From positions 1-64,000 of the IMG/VR virus record IMGVR_UViG_3300036766_000876: a stretch of DNA of 64,000 bases. One strand, given 5' to 3'. Origin of the DNA: a virus. The position numbers were made by a program, and so were the translations under genes. The notes below the pieces were generated by a model. It saw only the letters and a list, made by a program, of their open reading frames with translations. It did not search any database and was not told the origin of the DNA. Shown here in pieces: positions 45,611-55,107 of this stretch. Each line of letters begins with the position of its first letter. Positions within the stretch are counted from its first letter, which is position 1.

Positions 45611-47061
45611 GGCGCCCCCAGTGGCAGCGCCCGCTGTTGGCTGTCCGTAGGAGCGGAGGGCACCAGGCTGACGACGGACACCTGGAACTTCTCCCGCTGG
45701 TAGGCGAGCCGGCGAGCCTTGGCGTGGCGCTCCAGCCAGGCCTCCCCCTCGTCCGCCACGTCCCACACCTCGAAGGTGTCCTTGCCGTCGGAGCGCCGCA
45801 TGCCGCGGCCGATCCGCTGGAGGGCCGCGATGACGCTCTTCCCGCCCGAGGCAACAACAACGGAGCGGAGCTCAGGGATGTCCACACCCTCCTGGAAGAT
45901 GACGCTGCTCACCAGCACCTCGGTGTCTCCGCGCAGCAGCCGGCGCACAGCGTCCTTCCGGGCCTGGAGGCTGGCGTCCCCCCAGATGAAGTCGCTGCGG
46001 AGGCTCCTGGCCTTGAGGGCCCTGTCGAACGCCTTGCCATGGAGAATCTCCTTCACGAAGACGAGGCATGGCTTCTCCGCCCGCGCCACGGCTGCCAGCA
46101 GCGCCCGGTTCCGCTGGAGGCTCCGCACCACGCCCTCGTCGTACACCTTGTTCCACTTCCAGCGCCGGATGAGCCCGTGTTGGTCCACCTGGCGGAACTC
46201 CTGCTTCACCTTCACCATCTTGATGAGGGGCTTCGCCAGGTAGCCTGCCTTGATGAGGCTGTCCGCGCGGTGCTCGTAGATGACGGGCCCAAGGCTCGCC
46301 ACGGCGAACACCCCGCGCTTGTCCTCCCTGTCGAGCGGCGTGGCGCTGATGCCCAGGCGGAGGCGCGCGTTGGGCAGCGCCATCGACACCTCGTAGTAGC
46401 TAGCCGCCGGCAACGTGTGGGCCTCGTCCACGATGAGGCCCGTCCACGCCTTGAAGGACGCCAGGTGCTTCCCCTTCTTCAGTGCGGAGGAGAGGCTCTG
46501 GAAGGTGGCACAGGTGAAGTGCGCCTCCTCGTTCCAGGCCCCCTCCCCGATGCGCCCGGCCTTGTTGCCGGTGAGGGCCTCGTACCGCTCCGCCGCTTGC
46601 TCCATCAGGGTGGCCCTGTGGGCGAGGAAGAGCCAGCGCACCGTCGGGAAGCGCTGCGCGATGGCAACGGCCACGTTCGTCTTCCCGCCGCCAGTGGCAA
46701 TCTGGATGATGCCGCGCTCCAACCGCACGGCCACCGTCTCCGCGTCGAGCTGGTAGCCACGCGCCGTCGAGCCGTCGGCCGTCAGTGGCGACGGGATGGC
46801 CACTGGGCCAGGGCCCCGCCCGTCGATGACTTGCGCCTGGATGCCGCACGCCCTGGCGCTCTCCATCACGCCGGGGAGGAAGCCGGCCGGGAAGGTGCTC
46901 TCCAACAGGTCGTAGAAGCGGACCCGGTCCACCTCCCCCTTGGCGAAGAGGCCTCGCTTGTCGCTGAAGGTGAGCCCGCTGTCCTTGCTCCGCAGCCACT
47001 CCACCTCCTCGTCGGAGGCGCGCGTCACCTTCACGTTCAGGTTGCCCTTGGTCAGCCACAT
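45607..47061 (-). CDS. SF2 DEAH helicase (UvsW/XPB-like)
   Basis: ATGGGKT, DEAH, SAT, EGVDIP, QRIGRGMR. Confidence 0.92.
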   Translation of the reverse strand: MWLTKGNLNVKVTRASDEEVEWLRSKDSGLTFSDKRGLFAKGEVDRVRFYDLLESTFPAGFLPGVMESARACGIQAQVIDGRGPGPVAIPSPLTADGSTARGYQLDAETVAVRLERGIIQIATGGGKTNVAVAIAQRFPTVRWLFLAHRATLMEQAAERYEALTGNKAGRIGEGAWNEEAHFTCATFQSLSSALKKGKHLASFKAWTGLIVDEAHTLPAASYYEVSMALPNARLRLGISATPLDREDKRGVFAVASLGPVIYEHRADSLIKAGYLAKPLIKMVKVKQEFRQVDQHGLIRRWKWNKVYDEGVVRSLQRNRALLAAVARAEKPCLVFVKEILHGKAFDRALKARSLRSDFIWGDASLQARKDAVRRLLRGDTEVLVSSVIFQEGVDIPELRSVVVASGGKSVIAALQRIGRGMRRSDGKDTFEVWDVADEGEAWLERHAKARRLAYQREKFQVSVVSLVPSAPTDSQQRALPLGAP

Positions 47062-47094
47062 GACAGCACCCCTCTTGCCCCCAGCGTTGCCCCT

Positions 47095-47298
47095 TTACCG
47101 CTTCCATCCATCCGGCCGCCGCCCGTCGAGCCGTACCGGCTTGGCGATCGGCCTCTGCCACACCTCCCTCGCCAGCGCCTTCTTGAGGTACCAGATGGAG
47201 TCCTGGAGCTCGTCGCGCCCAGCCAGTCTCCTGGCAGCGTCCTCTGCGGCCTTCCGCTGGAGCACCTCCTTGCTGTACCCAAGGAGGGCCCGCTTCAC
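47095..47298 (-). CDS. Small protein with N-proximal RL-G tag
   Basis: AAEDAARRLAG; GTGA coupling. Confidence 0.5.
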   Translation of the reverse strand: MKRALLGYSKEVLQRKAAEDAARRLAGRDELQDSIWYLKKALAREVWQRPIAKPVRLDGRRPDGWKR

Positions 47299-47519
47299 GC
47301 CTGGCTGCCCATCATTCGGGCCGCCTCCGGGCTGGTCTGCTTCAGGTAGGCGACGACGCTCCGCCACTCAACCCAGTGGGCGGCACCGAGGCGCTCCCCA
47401 TGGACGGCACCAGCCTTAATCCAGTTGTAGATGGTCGGGAGGGTGAGCCCCAGGCGCGCGGCCACCTCCTTGGCGGGCACGTACCCCTTGGCGCGTAGCT
47501 TGTCCTTGATGTTGAGCAT
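47295..47519 (-). CDS. HTH DNA-binding protein (excisionase/HTH_17-like)
   Basis: AKEVAARLGLTLPTIYNWIKAG. Confidence 0.8.
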   Translation of the reverse strand: MLNIKDKLRAKGYVPAKEVAARLGLTLPTIYNWIKAGAVHGERLGAAHWVEWRSVVAYLKQTSPEAARMMGSQA

Positions 47520-48190
47520 CAGCTTGCCTCCTTGCGCTTCGTGTCTTCCCCGAGGAGCACCATCAGCCCCGCGGCCATGTCTCCGCCCTTGCCCGCCGCC
47601 CTGCGCAGGCCCTTCTTGGCGCGCAGGAAGTCCGCCCGCGCGGTGAACTCCAGCTCCAGGAGGAATGGCTTCGTTGGCGCGTCCTCCGCTTGGTAGTCCT
47701 CGGCGGAGGGCACGGCCATGTCCGGCGAGAGAGCGGCATCGACGTCCTGGCTGACCGCCCCCATCAGGTCCCTCACCTCGTCCTCGTTGAAGCCCGTCAC
47801 GGTGAGCTGCTCCGTGCTCCAGCCGGCCTCAGCGAGCTCCTTGAGGATGCTCCCCACCATCGTCAAGTCCGGCTCCCCGCGGAGGTTGTTCATCCCCACG
47901 CGGAGGGCCCGCTCCTCGTCCTCCGTCCCACTGGCCACGACGCAGGGCACCTCCCCCATGCCCAGCTTCCGCGCGGCCAGGAGGCGGTGGTGCCCGTCCA
48001 CCACGGAGAACAGAGTCTCCCCGTGGCGCTCCGCGCCCTTCAGCGGGCGCACCAGCAACGGCTGGAGGAAGCCGAACCGCTGGATGGCCAGGACGAGCAG
48101 GTCGAACTTCTCCGTGCTCATCTGGTTGGGGTTGTCCTGCGCCGGCTGGAGGAGCTCCACCCGGATGTTCCTGCTGACGACGTTGCTCAT
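47519..48190 (-). CDS. ParB N-terminal domain protein
   Basis: NPNQM, IQRFGFLQPLLVR, VDGHHRL, NNLRG. Confidence 0.85.
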   Translation of the reverse strand: MSNVVSRNIRVELLQPAQDNPNQMSTEKFDLLVLAIQRFGFLQPLLVRPLKGAERHGETLFSVVDGHHRLLAARKLGMGEVPCVVASGTEDEERALRVGMNNLRGEPDLTMVGSILKELAEAGWSTEQLTVTGFNEDEVRDLMGAVSQDVDAALSPDMAVPSAEDYQAEDAPTKPFLLELEFTARADFLRAKKGLRRAAGKGGDMAAGLMVLLGEDTKRKEAS

Positions 48191-48735
48191 CGTATCTCCT
48201 CGTACAGCGCTTGCGCCTCGCTGCTGCGCCGGGCTCGTCGGGTCATCTCCTTGCGGGCCCGGTACACCTCTGCCACGGGCACCGCCGCCTGGCGAGCGAG
48301 CTCGCTGGAGGTCACCAACCCCAGGGCCGCCGCCAGGCCCAGCTTCCCCTCTGTCGGGTCGAGCGGCCGCAGCACGTCGTAGACACGCTCCGCGAGCTGT
48401 CTGTCCTCCGCGAGGGAGGCCGGCGAGGGAGCGGTGGCGGCGAGTGTGTACAGCGGGTCTTCTCCGAGCGCTGTTGGGCAGGCGCGCTCCAACCCGTGCT
48501 GGGCCCTGTTGCAGACCCTGTCATCTCGGATTTCCCACCAGTGGCGCTGGACGCCCTTCAGGACGGCTCTGTAGCAGTAGGTCTTGAAGGGCCCCTTGTC
48601 CGGGTCGTACGTCTGACGTGCATCGAGGACGACGAGGACGGCCTGTTGGAGTAGGTCCTGCGCCACGTACCGAGCGATGGGCCTGCGCCGAAGGAAGTAC
48701 TGCGTCGCTGCCTGGGCAATCTCCATGTCTTCCAT
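48187..48735 (-). CDS. Phage sigma70-family factor (region 2 plus HTH)
   Basis: QDLLQQA...YDPDKGPFKTYCY; C-terminal SSELARQAAVPVAEVYR. Confidence 0.7.
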   Translation of the reverse strand: MEDMEIAQAATQYFLRRRPIARYVAQDLLQQAVLVVLDARQTYDPDKGPFKTYCYRAVLKGVQRHWWEIRDDRVCNRAQHGLERACPTALGEDPLYTLAATAPSPASLAEDRQLAERVYDVLRPLDPTEGKLGLAAALGLVTSSELARQAAVPVAEVYRARKEMTRRARRSSEAQALYEEIR

Positions 48736-48785
48736 TTTTGTTTTCCCTTCCCCTTTGTTTTCTTACACGATTTTCGGAGCACAGG

Positions 48786-49346
48786 CTACGGCGTTCCAGG
48801 GCCTCGCTGGAGCAGGGGGGAGCCGGTGAGGCTTGCCCCGGCCAACAGCGCCTTCCGGCGCGTGAGGCTCTTAGACGCCTCGCGAATCCGAGCCACGACG
48901 ACACGGTCGTCCCGCCTGTCAGAAAGGAGCACGCTCTCGATGGCGAGCAACGCCCAGAGCGGCGTCCAGGCCTCGTTGGGTACGTGGCCCCAACGGATTG
49001 GCGGCCTCTGGAGCGGCGCCTTGGCCTCTGCGATGCGGGCGAGCTTCCACCCATCGCCTACCTGACCCCAACCGCGACGCTTCATCTTCAGGCGCCACCT
49101 GGCAGTCTGCGCCTCCGGCGAAGTCCGCCGCCCCTCCCGGGTGTCAGAGCCGATGTTGAGCTTGGGCTTGGCGATGTTGGGGTACTCCTTGTCCATCAGG
49201 GCGAGGAGGCGCCTGGCCTGGAGGCGCACCTCATGCCGGGCGTTCCCCCTGGCGATGCGCCCCTGCTCCTTGTCGAGCCTCCCCAGGTTCACCGCCATGG
49301 CGCGGACCAGCCCCCGGAACTGTGGGTCGTACGATGCCAACCTCAT
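48786..49346 (-). CDS. Hypothetical basic protein
   Basis: GAGGAG SD before MRLASY. Confidence 0.55.
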   Translation of the reverse strand: MRLASYDPQFRGLVRAMAVNLGRLDKEQGRIARGNARHEVRLQARRLLALMDKEYPNIAKPKLNIGSDTREGRRTSPEAQTARWRLKMKRRGWGQVGDGWKLARIAEAKAPLQRPPIRWGHVPNEAWTPLWALLAIESVLLSDRRDDRVVVARIREASKSLTRRKALLAGASLTGSPLLQRGPGTP

Positions 49347-49360
49347 GGTGCTTCTCCTCT

Positions 49361-49425
49361 CGTTGGGAGCTGAAGCGCTCCAGCAGGTGCCCCGGGAACC
49401 GCCCGGGGCACCCATGCAGGGCTCA
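49361..49425 (-). repeat. Structured intergenic element class A, copy 1
   Basis: TGAGCCCTGCATGGG-[hairpin]-CTGCTGGAGCGCTTCA...CCCAACG. Confidence 0.7.
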
Positions 49426-49839
49426 GACCTTCCGCTTGTACTTGTCGCTCCACCGCTCCAGCTTCTCGATGGAGCCCTTCACCGCCTCCGAAAGCTGGGC
49501 GTCATCCCAGTCCTCGTAGTGCTTCCGCCCGCACGCCCCGCACGCGCTCTCCTTGACGTTGAGGTGCGGCACGAGCACCTTGAGCTCCGCCACTGCTCGA
49601 CCCAGGAGCTTCGTGATGACGTTCCTGCGGGCGACGGCAGCCTCCGAGTTGGACTGCGCCGGGAGGACCTCCATCACGTCCTCCTCATCGAGGTGCGTCA
49701 GGTCGCAGGCTCCGGTGGGCCAGGTTCCATCTGGCTCCGGGAGCTCCGCCCACCAGCAATTGCTGCCAGGAGGGGAGACGCGCCCCTTGAGGCGCGCGTG
49801 CTCGCCAGACTTCAGCCGGACGACGTCGCCGGCCTTCAC
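49423..49839 (-). CDS. Hypothetical protein
   Basis: KAGDVVRLKSG; CGACG. Confidence 0.6.
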   Translation of the reverse strand: MKAGDVVRLKSGEHARLKGRVSPPGSNCWWAELPEPDGTWPTGACDLTHLDEEDVMEVLPAQSNSEAAVARRNVITKLLGRAVAELKVLVPHLNVKESACGACGRKHYEDWDDAQLSEAVKGSIEKLERWSDKYKRKV

Positions 49840-50738
49840 GGCGCCTCCTCTCGCGCCATGGCGATGAGGGCCGCCGCCGCCAAGTTCGCCTGGAGCTGCT
49901 CCAAGCGGGTACGCACCTCCTCCAGCTTCACCCCGAGGAGCCGCTCGTACACGCCCAGCTTCTCGGTGGCATCCTCGCAGCGGCCCACGCGCGTCTTGAT
50001 GGCGCGTGTGCCCATGCCGTCCGCCGTCTGCGCGGCAGCAGCCAGCTCAGCCTCCATGGAGCCGCTGAACTGGTCCGCCTCCCGGCGGAGCGAGTCGAGG
50101 ATGGCGTCCACGGCCTCACTCGACTGGAGCGCTGGAATCTCCGCGATGAAGGTGGCGGAGGCAGCGCGCAGGGAGGCAACAACCTTCCGCCAGATGGGGA
50201 GCGTCTGGCGCGGGATGAAGTACACCCCGCCCGTGTCGCGGAGGGGCACCGCCTGGACGTGCTTCACCATCTGGCAGAGCCACTCAGCGGTGTCGTACGC
50301 CTCCAGCCGGCGCATGTTGGCCCGGAAGGCTGCGTGAATCTGGTCTGACACGAGCGACGTCGCCCCGGAGTGCGACATGTCGAGGTAGCAGCCATCGGGG
50401 TGGACGTCGGACTTCACCAGCCGGACCTGGAGGATGACTTGGTACTGGAGCGGCGCGCTGGCGTCGTCCTCCGCAGAGTGCTCGGAGACGAGCGCGTACC
50501 CCTTGCCCGGGAGGGCGCGCATCAGGACCCGCTTGTCCACTTGGTCCTGCATCGCCCGCCGGAGGGCCACCTCGGGGGAGGGCAGGTCCGGGAGGAGCTT
50601 CTCGTCCATGCCCTGCGCCACGAAGGCTGCGCGGAGAGCATCGAAGTTGGTTTCCCCAGACAACCTCCAGAGGACGATTGCCCCGGCTGCGTCTCGGCTC
50701 ACGTCGCTGATTGCCATCACGTCTGCGATTGCGTTCAT
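49836..50738 (-). CDS. Conserved hypothetical protein associated with the AAA/vWA module
   Basis: GAIVLWRL, AVPLRDTGGVYFIP; strong SD. Confidence 0.65.
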   Translation of the reverse strand: MNAIADVMAISDVSRDAAGAIVLWRLSGETNFDALRAAFVAQGMDEKLLPDLPSPEVALRRAMQDQVDKRVLMRALPGKGYALVSEHSAEDDASAPLQYQVILQVRLVKSDVHPDGCYLDMSHSGATSLVSDQIHAAFRANMRRLEAYDTAEWLCQMVKHVQAVPLRDTGGVYFIPRQTLPIWRKVVASLRAASATFIAEIPALQSSEAVDAILDSLRREADQFSGSMEAELAAAAQTADGMGTRAIKTRVGRCEDATEKLGVYERLLGVKLEEVRTRLEQLQANLAAAALIAMAREEAP

Positions 50739-50754
50739 TGTGTAGCTCCTTCCT

Positions 50755-50822
50755 CGTTGGGGACTTGAGCGTCCCAGCAGGGGTCCCGAGCAGGCTGCCT
50801 CGGTCCCCCCATGCGTCGCTCA
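50755..50822 (-). repeat. Structured intergenic element class A, copy 2
   Basis: TGAGCGACGCATGGG-[hairpin]-CTGCTGGGACGCTCA...CCCAACG. Confidence 0.65.
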
Positions 50823-52196
50823 ACCTCCTGAAGCGCTCTTCAACACGACGACCTTCCCCCACTTCGCGGGGGCCTCGTTGGCGCCGGCACCACACACGAG
50901 CCAGATGGTGTTCATCCGCATTGGCTCCGGCCCAGGGTCCCCGATGTGCCCGTCCGTGCAGATGACGAGCACCTCCGGGCGCCGGGCCGCCTTGCAGGCA
51001 GCGTCGATGGCGGGCTTCATGTCCGTCCCGCCTCCGCCCTTCATGGCGGCCGCTGCCTCCTTCACATTGCGGATCCTCACCGCCGCGTGGACGTCAGCGT
51101 CGCAGGCGTAGAAGGCCACCTCCGCGCCAACGGCCGCCAGGATGCCCTTCACTTCCTGGAGCCCCTCCTTGATGGAGTCGTCCCCCATGGAGCCAGAGGT
51201 GTCCTGGATGACGGCCACGGCCGGGATGGGCATGCGCAGCGCCGGGAACACCGGCTTGCCGCTCCCGTACCCGATGGCTCCCTGCCGCCGCGACGGCCTG
51301 TCGTAGCGGTAGTCACCGGCACCAGGGCGGTAGGCGATGGCGTTGCGCACGACGCGCGCCAACTCCTGCTGCCAGGGTACCTGCGGTGGCCCCAGGACTT
51401 CCTCCGCCCAGCGCTGGAGGCCCGCTGGGACGGAGCCCCGGCCCTTGCTGGCAGTGTGCTTGCGGACGGCCTCAGCGACGGCGCGCTGAACCCGCTTCTG
51501 CTCCGCCGAGCTCTTCCCCAGCTCAGCCGGGACGCTGTCCTCCAGCTCCCCAGCCTTGTTGCCTGCCCCGGAACCACACCCTGCGCAGCCTCCGTGAGGC
51601 ACTACAACGTCCCCCTCACCGGGGGCACCCTTCCCCTTGCCGCTCTGCGGCTTGCCGTCTCCGGGCTGCCTCTGCGCCATCCCGGCCTTGCCCTGGGGCG
51701 GAGCCTTCCGGCGCAGCGCCGCGTAGTACTCCTCTGCCAGGCGCCCCTCCGGTTGGCCGAAGTCCCCTGGGAGCACCTGGTAGTGAATCGACTGCCCAGC
51801 CAGGTCCTCGTGGATGAACTTCCCGTCCACCCTCGGGTACTTCGCGCCGGCCGCCACGAGGTCGTCGTCAATCTCGGCGTCAGCAGCGTAGTTCCAGAGC
51901 TTGGCGAGGTCCGGCTGCGCGGTGGCGCCGACCTGCTCTGCCCGCTGGAGGTGCGTCCGTACCCAGTGGCAGGCCTCGTGGAGGAGCGTCCAAGCAGCCT
52001 CCTCGACGCTCCACACCGCACTCAGCGCCGGGTCCCAGAGGAGCACCCCGCGCTTGGTGACGGCCATCGTCTTCAGCCCAGGCGTTTGGTGGGGCACGAG
52101 CCCCATCACCGCCGCGCTGAAGTACGGCATGAGCTGCGTGGCCTTGATGCGCGCCGCCGCGAACCAGCTCGCAGGGTCCTTCAGTGCATTTGCCAT
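50820..52196 (-). CDS. HExxH metallopeptidase-like plus vWA domain protein (DUF2201-type)
   Basis: TMAVT, LLHEACH, WNYAADAEI; MIDAS DTSGSM, GGGGTD, TDG. Confidence 0.88.
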   Translation of the reverse strand: MANALKDPASWFAAARIKATQLMPYFSAAVMGLVPHQTPGLKTMAVTKRGVLLWDPALSAVWSVEEAAWTLLHEACHWVRTHLQRAEQVGATAQPDLAKLWNYAADAEIDDDLVAAGAKYPRVDGKFIHEDLAGQSIHYQVLPGDFGQPEGRLAEEYYAALRRKAPPQGKAGMAQRQPGDGKPQSGKGKGAPGEGDVVVPHGGCAGCGSGAGNKAGELEDSVPAELGKSSAEQKRVQRAVAEAVRKHTASKGRGSVPAGLQRWAEEVLGPPQVPWQQELARVVRNAIAYRPGAGDYRYDRPSRRQGAIGYGSGKPVFPALRMPIPAVAVIQDTSGSMGDDSIKEGLQEVKGILAAVGAEVAFYACDADVHAAVRIRNVKEAAAAMKGGGGTDMKPAIDAACKAARRPEVLVICTDGHIGDPGPEPMRMNTIWLVCGAGANEAPAKWGKVVVLKSASGG

Positions 52197-52228
52197 GGTT
52201 GGTTCTCCTTGTTGGGGGTTGGTTGGGG

Positions 52229-53383
52229 CTACTCGCTCCTGGCCACGAAGCCCGCCGCCGCCAGGATGGGCTGAATCTTGGCGAGGCTGGCGTACGCGCT
52301 CTTCCCGCTGGTGAAGCCCTTCTTGGCGAGCACCATGGCGGCATCCACGACGATGTCTGCGTTCTTGTCGATGACAGTGCCGATGATTTCCCACAGCTTC
52401 TCAGCCCGCTCCTTACGCTTGGGAGCCTTGTCCGGAGCGATGAGCGCCGCGCAGGAGGCGAGCACCGACACCGTGCGGTCCAGCCGGCGGACGTCGTGCT
52501 TGAACTCCGTGTTGCCGTCGAGCACGTCGGCCGGATCCGGCAGGTCAACCTCCTTGATGTAGGAGAGGAACTCCGCCGCCGCCCCGACGCCGATGAACGC
52601 CGTCAGGAGCTCCTCCTTGTCGGCCTGGTCGATGCGATGCAGCTCCGCGCCCGCCCACGCGCGGCACCCGAGCTCCCAGGTGCGGTGCGACGGCCACGCG
52701 CGCCCCGCCTCCGGGCTGCCGGACTTGGGCATCATGTGGAGCATCGACGGCTTGGCCGTGATGAAGCCCGAGACGAGCCCCTTGGCGCGGGCGAACGGCT
52801 CTGCCCACTCCTTCTCGACACGGGCCTCCAGGTCCGCCGCCTTCACCTTGATGGCGCCGGCCTCACCGCCGCCCAGCAGCCAGGCGCTCCACTGGCGCGC
52901 GTCCGGCTTCTCCCAGGCGAGGTGCCCGAAGCGGTTTGCCAGCGGGGGAGCGAGGTCCCAGCCGCCGGCCGCGTCACCCACCTTGTTCTGCGCCGCAAGG
53001 ATGCGGACGGTGTGGGGCATCTTGTACTCCCCCACGGCGCCGTCGGTCGCCAGCCGGAGCATCGCGGCCTGCATGGCGGGAACGTTGGTGTTCAGCTCGT
53101 CGAGGAAGACCACCCCGCGGAGCGCCTTGGCCATGTCCAGCGCCCACGCCGGGGGCACCAGGCGGAAGCGGTCGTCCTCCAGGCGGGCCAGGCCGCCAAC
53201 GTCCGTGGGCTCCCGGATGCTTCCGAGGATGACCTCGACCTTGAGCCCGTAGTCGAGCTCCACCTGCTCGACGATGTTCGTCTTCGCCGTCCCGGGCTCC
53301 CCCTCGAAGATGACCGGGAGGCCCCAGCGGCCCTTGCTGCCGGGGGTGAAGAGGACCACCTTCATGATTGCCTTGATGTCCAC
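52229..53383 (-). CDS. MoxR-type AAA+ ATPase
   Basis: GEPGTAKT, FLDELN, AAQN, PLANRF, PSHRTW. Confidence 0.9.
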   Translation of the reverse strand: MDIKAIMKVVLFTPGSKGRWGLPVIFEGEPGTAKTNIVEQVELDYGLKVEVILGSIREPTDVGGLARLEDDRFRLVPPAWALDMAKALRGVVFLDELNTNVPAMQAAMLRLATDGAVGEYKMPHTVRILAAQNKVGDAAGGWDLAPPLANRFGHLAWEKPDARQWSAWLLGGGEAGAIKVKAADLEARVEKEWAEPFARAKGLVSGFITAKPSMLHMMPKSGSPEAGRAWPSHRTWELGCRAWAGAELHRIDQADKEELLTAFIGVGAAAEFLSYIKEVDLPDPADVLDGNTEFKHDVRRLDRTVSVLASCAALIAPDKAPKRKERAEKLWEIIGTVIDKNADIVVDAAMVLAKKGFTSGKSAYASLAKIQPILAAAGFVARSE

Positions 53384-53406
53384 GGTGTCCGACCTTTCGT
53401 GCTGCG

Positions 53407-53471
53407 CGTTGGGAGCATGAGCGCTCCAGCAGGACGCCCAGAGCCTTCCTGGGCGCCCCATGCAGGGCTCA
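53407..53471 (-). repeat. Structured intergenic element class A, copy 3
   Basis: TGAGCCCTGCATGGG-[hairpin]-CTGCTGGAGCGCTCA...CCCAACG. Confidence 0.7.
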
Positions 53472-53711
53472 CTCGAAGAACTGCGGGTTCTTGGTCTGGC
53501 GCTTCACCTCCGCCACCACGCCGTGGAGGAGGTCGTCGATGGCGGCCACCGTCACCGTCTCGGCCACCTGATGCCGCACGATGGCGAGGATGCGCGCCTC
53601 CACGATGGCGATGCGCATCGTGCTGGTGAGGTACTTGAACGCCCGCCCACGCTCGAAGTCCACTTCGAGGACTTCCTTGGCGAAGGTCCGCTTCTGGCTG
53701 GCGTTCCACAT
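53469..53711 (-). CDS. Hypothetical early protein
   Basis: AAGGAGG SD before MWNASQ. Confidence 0.6.
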   Translation of the reverse strand: MWNASQKRTFAKEVLEVDFERGRAFKYLTSTMRIAIVEARILAIVRHQVAETVTVAAIDDLLHGVVAEVKRQTKNPQFFE

Positions 53712-54202
53712 CAGAGCACCTCCTTTTCGTTCTGCACGGAGCTCTCCTCTTCGCCCATGCAGATTTCGCAGTGCTCCCGCTCTTCTTCTGGGTGCTCGCC
53801 GCAGCACTCAGCGACGTGGCAGCCATCGGCTTCTTCCCCCAACTCCACCAGCCGTGCCTCCGCTTCCTGCACTGAGAACATGCCGTTCTCAGTGCATCCT
53901 TCATCGTTGAAAATCCCAAATTCCGGCATGTGGTTCCTTTCCAGTTGTGGGGGTGTGGTGGCCTTGAGGCGCGCCCGGCTGAACGCAGCGAGCCACGTAG
54001 GGCCTGTCCCGAGGCAGCTCACGGAGGACAGCTCCGCGCGCCGCAGCCAGATGGTGCGCGTCCCACCACTGGCCTCCGCGAAGGCTTGCGGGCCGAACTC
54101 CCGGACCGCCAGGAGGGTGGCCTGCTTCGCCGTGAGGCGCTCTCGGCGGATTGGGCCGCCGAGCCGCGTGATGGCATCGGCCGCTTCCAGGGGCAGCTTC
54201 AT
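53711..54202 (-). CDS. Hypothetical early protein (possible internal start at 53929)
   Basis: ATGA coupling; N-terminal AADAITRLGG; Cys/His-rich C-terminus. Confidence 0.5.
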   Translation of the reverse strand: MKLPLEAADAITRLGGPIRRERLTAKQATLLAVREFGPQAFAEASGGTRTIWLRRAELSSVSCLGTGPTWLAAFSRARLKATTPPQLERNHMPEFGIFNDEGCTENGMFSVQEAEARLVELGEEADGCHVAECCGEHPEEEREHCEICMGEEESSVQNEKEVL

Positions 54203-54417
54203 GTGCACACCCGGATGCAGACGTAGCAGTTGGTGGCGGGGAAGCGCCGCTTGGCCTCCGCCCGGGCCGCCTTCTTGGCCTCGGTGTACGTGCAGGACGG
54301 AGTGACCCACCAGGGCTCCTTGTGGTCGTCGTCTGGGAAGGTGAACGCCCAGCTCCCGTAGCCGCGAGGATTGCCGTGGCTGAGGCGGTACTCGCTGGTG
54401 TCGAAGTCGATGGTCAT
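54199..54417 (-). CDS. Hypothetical early protein
   Basis: SHGNPRGYGSWAF...TYTEAKKAA. Confidence 0.6.
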   Translation of the reverse strand: MTIDFDTSEYRLSHGNPRGYGSWAFTFPDDDHKEPWWVTPSCTYTEAKKAARAEAKRRFPATNCYVCIRVCT

Positions 54418-54644
54418 GGCCGCCTCCCAACCAGACGCAGGACACGTTCGAGCTCGGCAACCAGCCGAGCCGCGTTGGTCTGCATGTCGCGGAGGTTTGC
54501 TACACAGTCCTCCGCCGTCTCGCAGGACTCGGCGTCGCTGCGATTCATCTCCAGCTCTTGCGTGCAGGCCTCCAGGTTGCTGTCGCCAAGCTCCTCCAAC
54601 ATCTCCTCCAACGACGTGCTGAAGCGCTTCCCGAGCGTGCTCAT
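54414..54644 (-). CDS. Hypothetical early protein
   Basis: ATGA coupling. Confidence 0.55.
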   Translation of the reverse strand: MSTLGKRFSTSLEEMLEELGDSNLEACTQELEMNRSDAESCETAEDCVANLRDMQTNAARLVAELERVLRLVGRRP

Positions 54645-54853
54645 CGCAGCACCAGGACAGACTTGCGGCCGGGGCCGTCGTCACCGACCACCAGCGCGCA
54701 GTGGTAGTCGGACTGCACCACCGTCTCCTTCTCGCCACTGGTGACCTCGCGGACGATGGTGCTCTTCCAGTAGTCCCCGGATGGGACGGCGAAGTGGACC
54801 TTGGTGCCCGGGGGGAACGCCGACAGCAGCTCCATCAGCTCTTTGGCAGTCAT
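54641..54853 (-). CDS. Hypothetical early protein
   Basis: MTAKELMELLSAFPP...SGDYW. Confidence 0.65.
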   Translation of the reverse strand: MTAKELMELLSAFPPGTKVHFAVPSGDYWKSTIVREVTSGEKETVVQSDYHCALVVGDDGPGRKSVLVLR

Positions 54854-55107
54854 GAGCGCACCCCAAGCACTGGCAGCAGGGCTGCGATGATTTTGCGAGC
54901 CTCATCGACCATGCAGTCGCCTCCGGGGCACGGAGCCCCGGGAGCAAGCGGCTTGGACTTGCTGCTCCAACTGTGGTTGTGGTCCCCGGTCAGCTCGTAG
55001 GCGTGCAGGGCTTCGGGCAGTGTCCGAATTGCACGCAGCACATCTGCGAGTGCCTCTCGGGCAGCTCGCTTGCGCTCGTCTGCCAAAATGCTTCCCATGC
55101 TTGTCAT
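54850..55107 (-). CDS. Hypothetical early protein
   Basis: ATGA coupling. Confidence 0.5.
   Translation of the reverse strand: MTSMGSILADERKRAAREALADVLRAIRTLPEALHAYELTGDHNHSWSSKSKPLAPGAPCPGGDCMVDEARKIIAALLPVLGVRS

Noticed and set aside
47295-48190. Lysogeny or partition module (Xis-like HTH plus ParB)
   Set aside because: No integrase, ParA or repressor in the window; lifestyle cannot be called.
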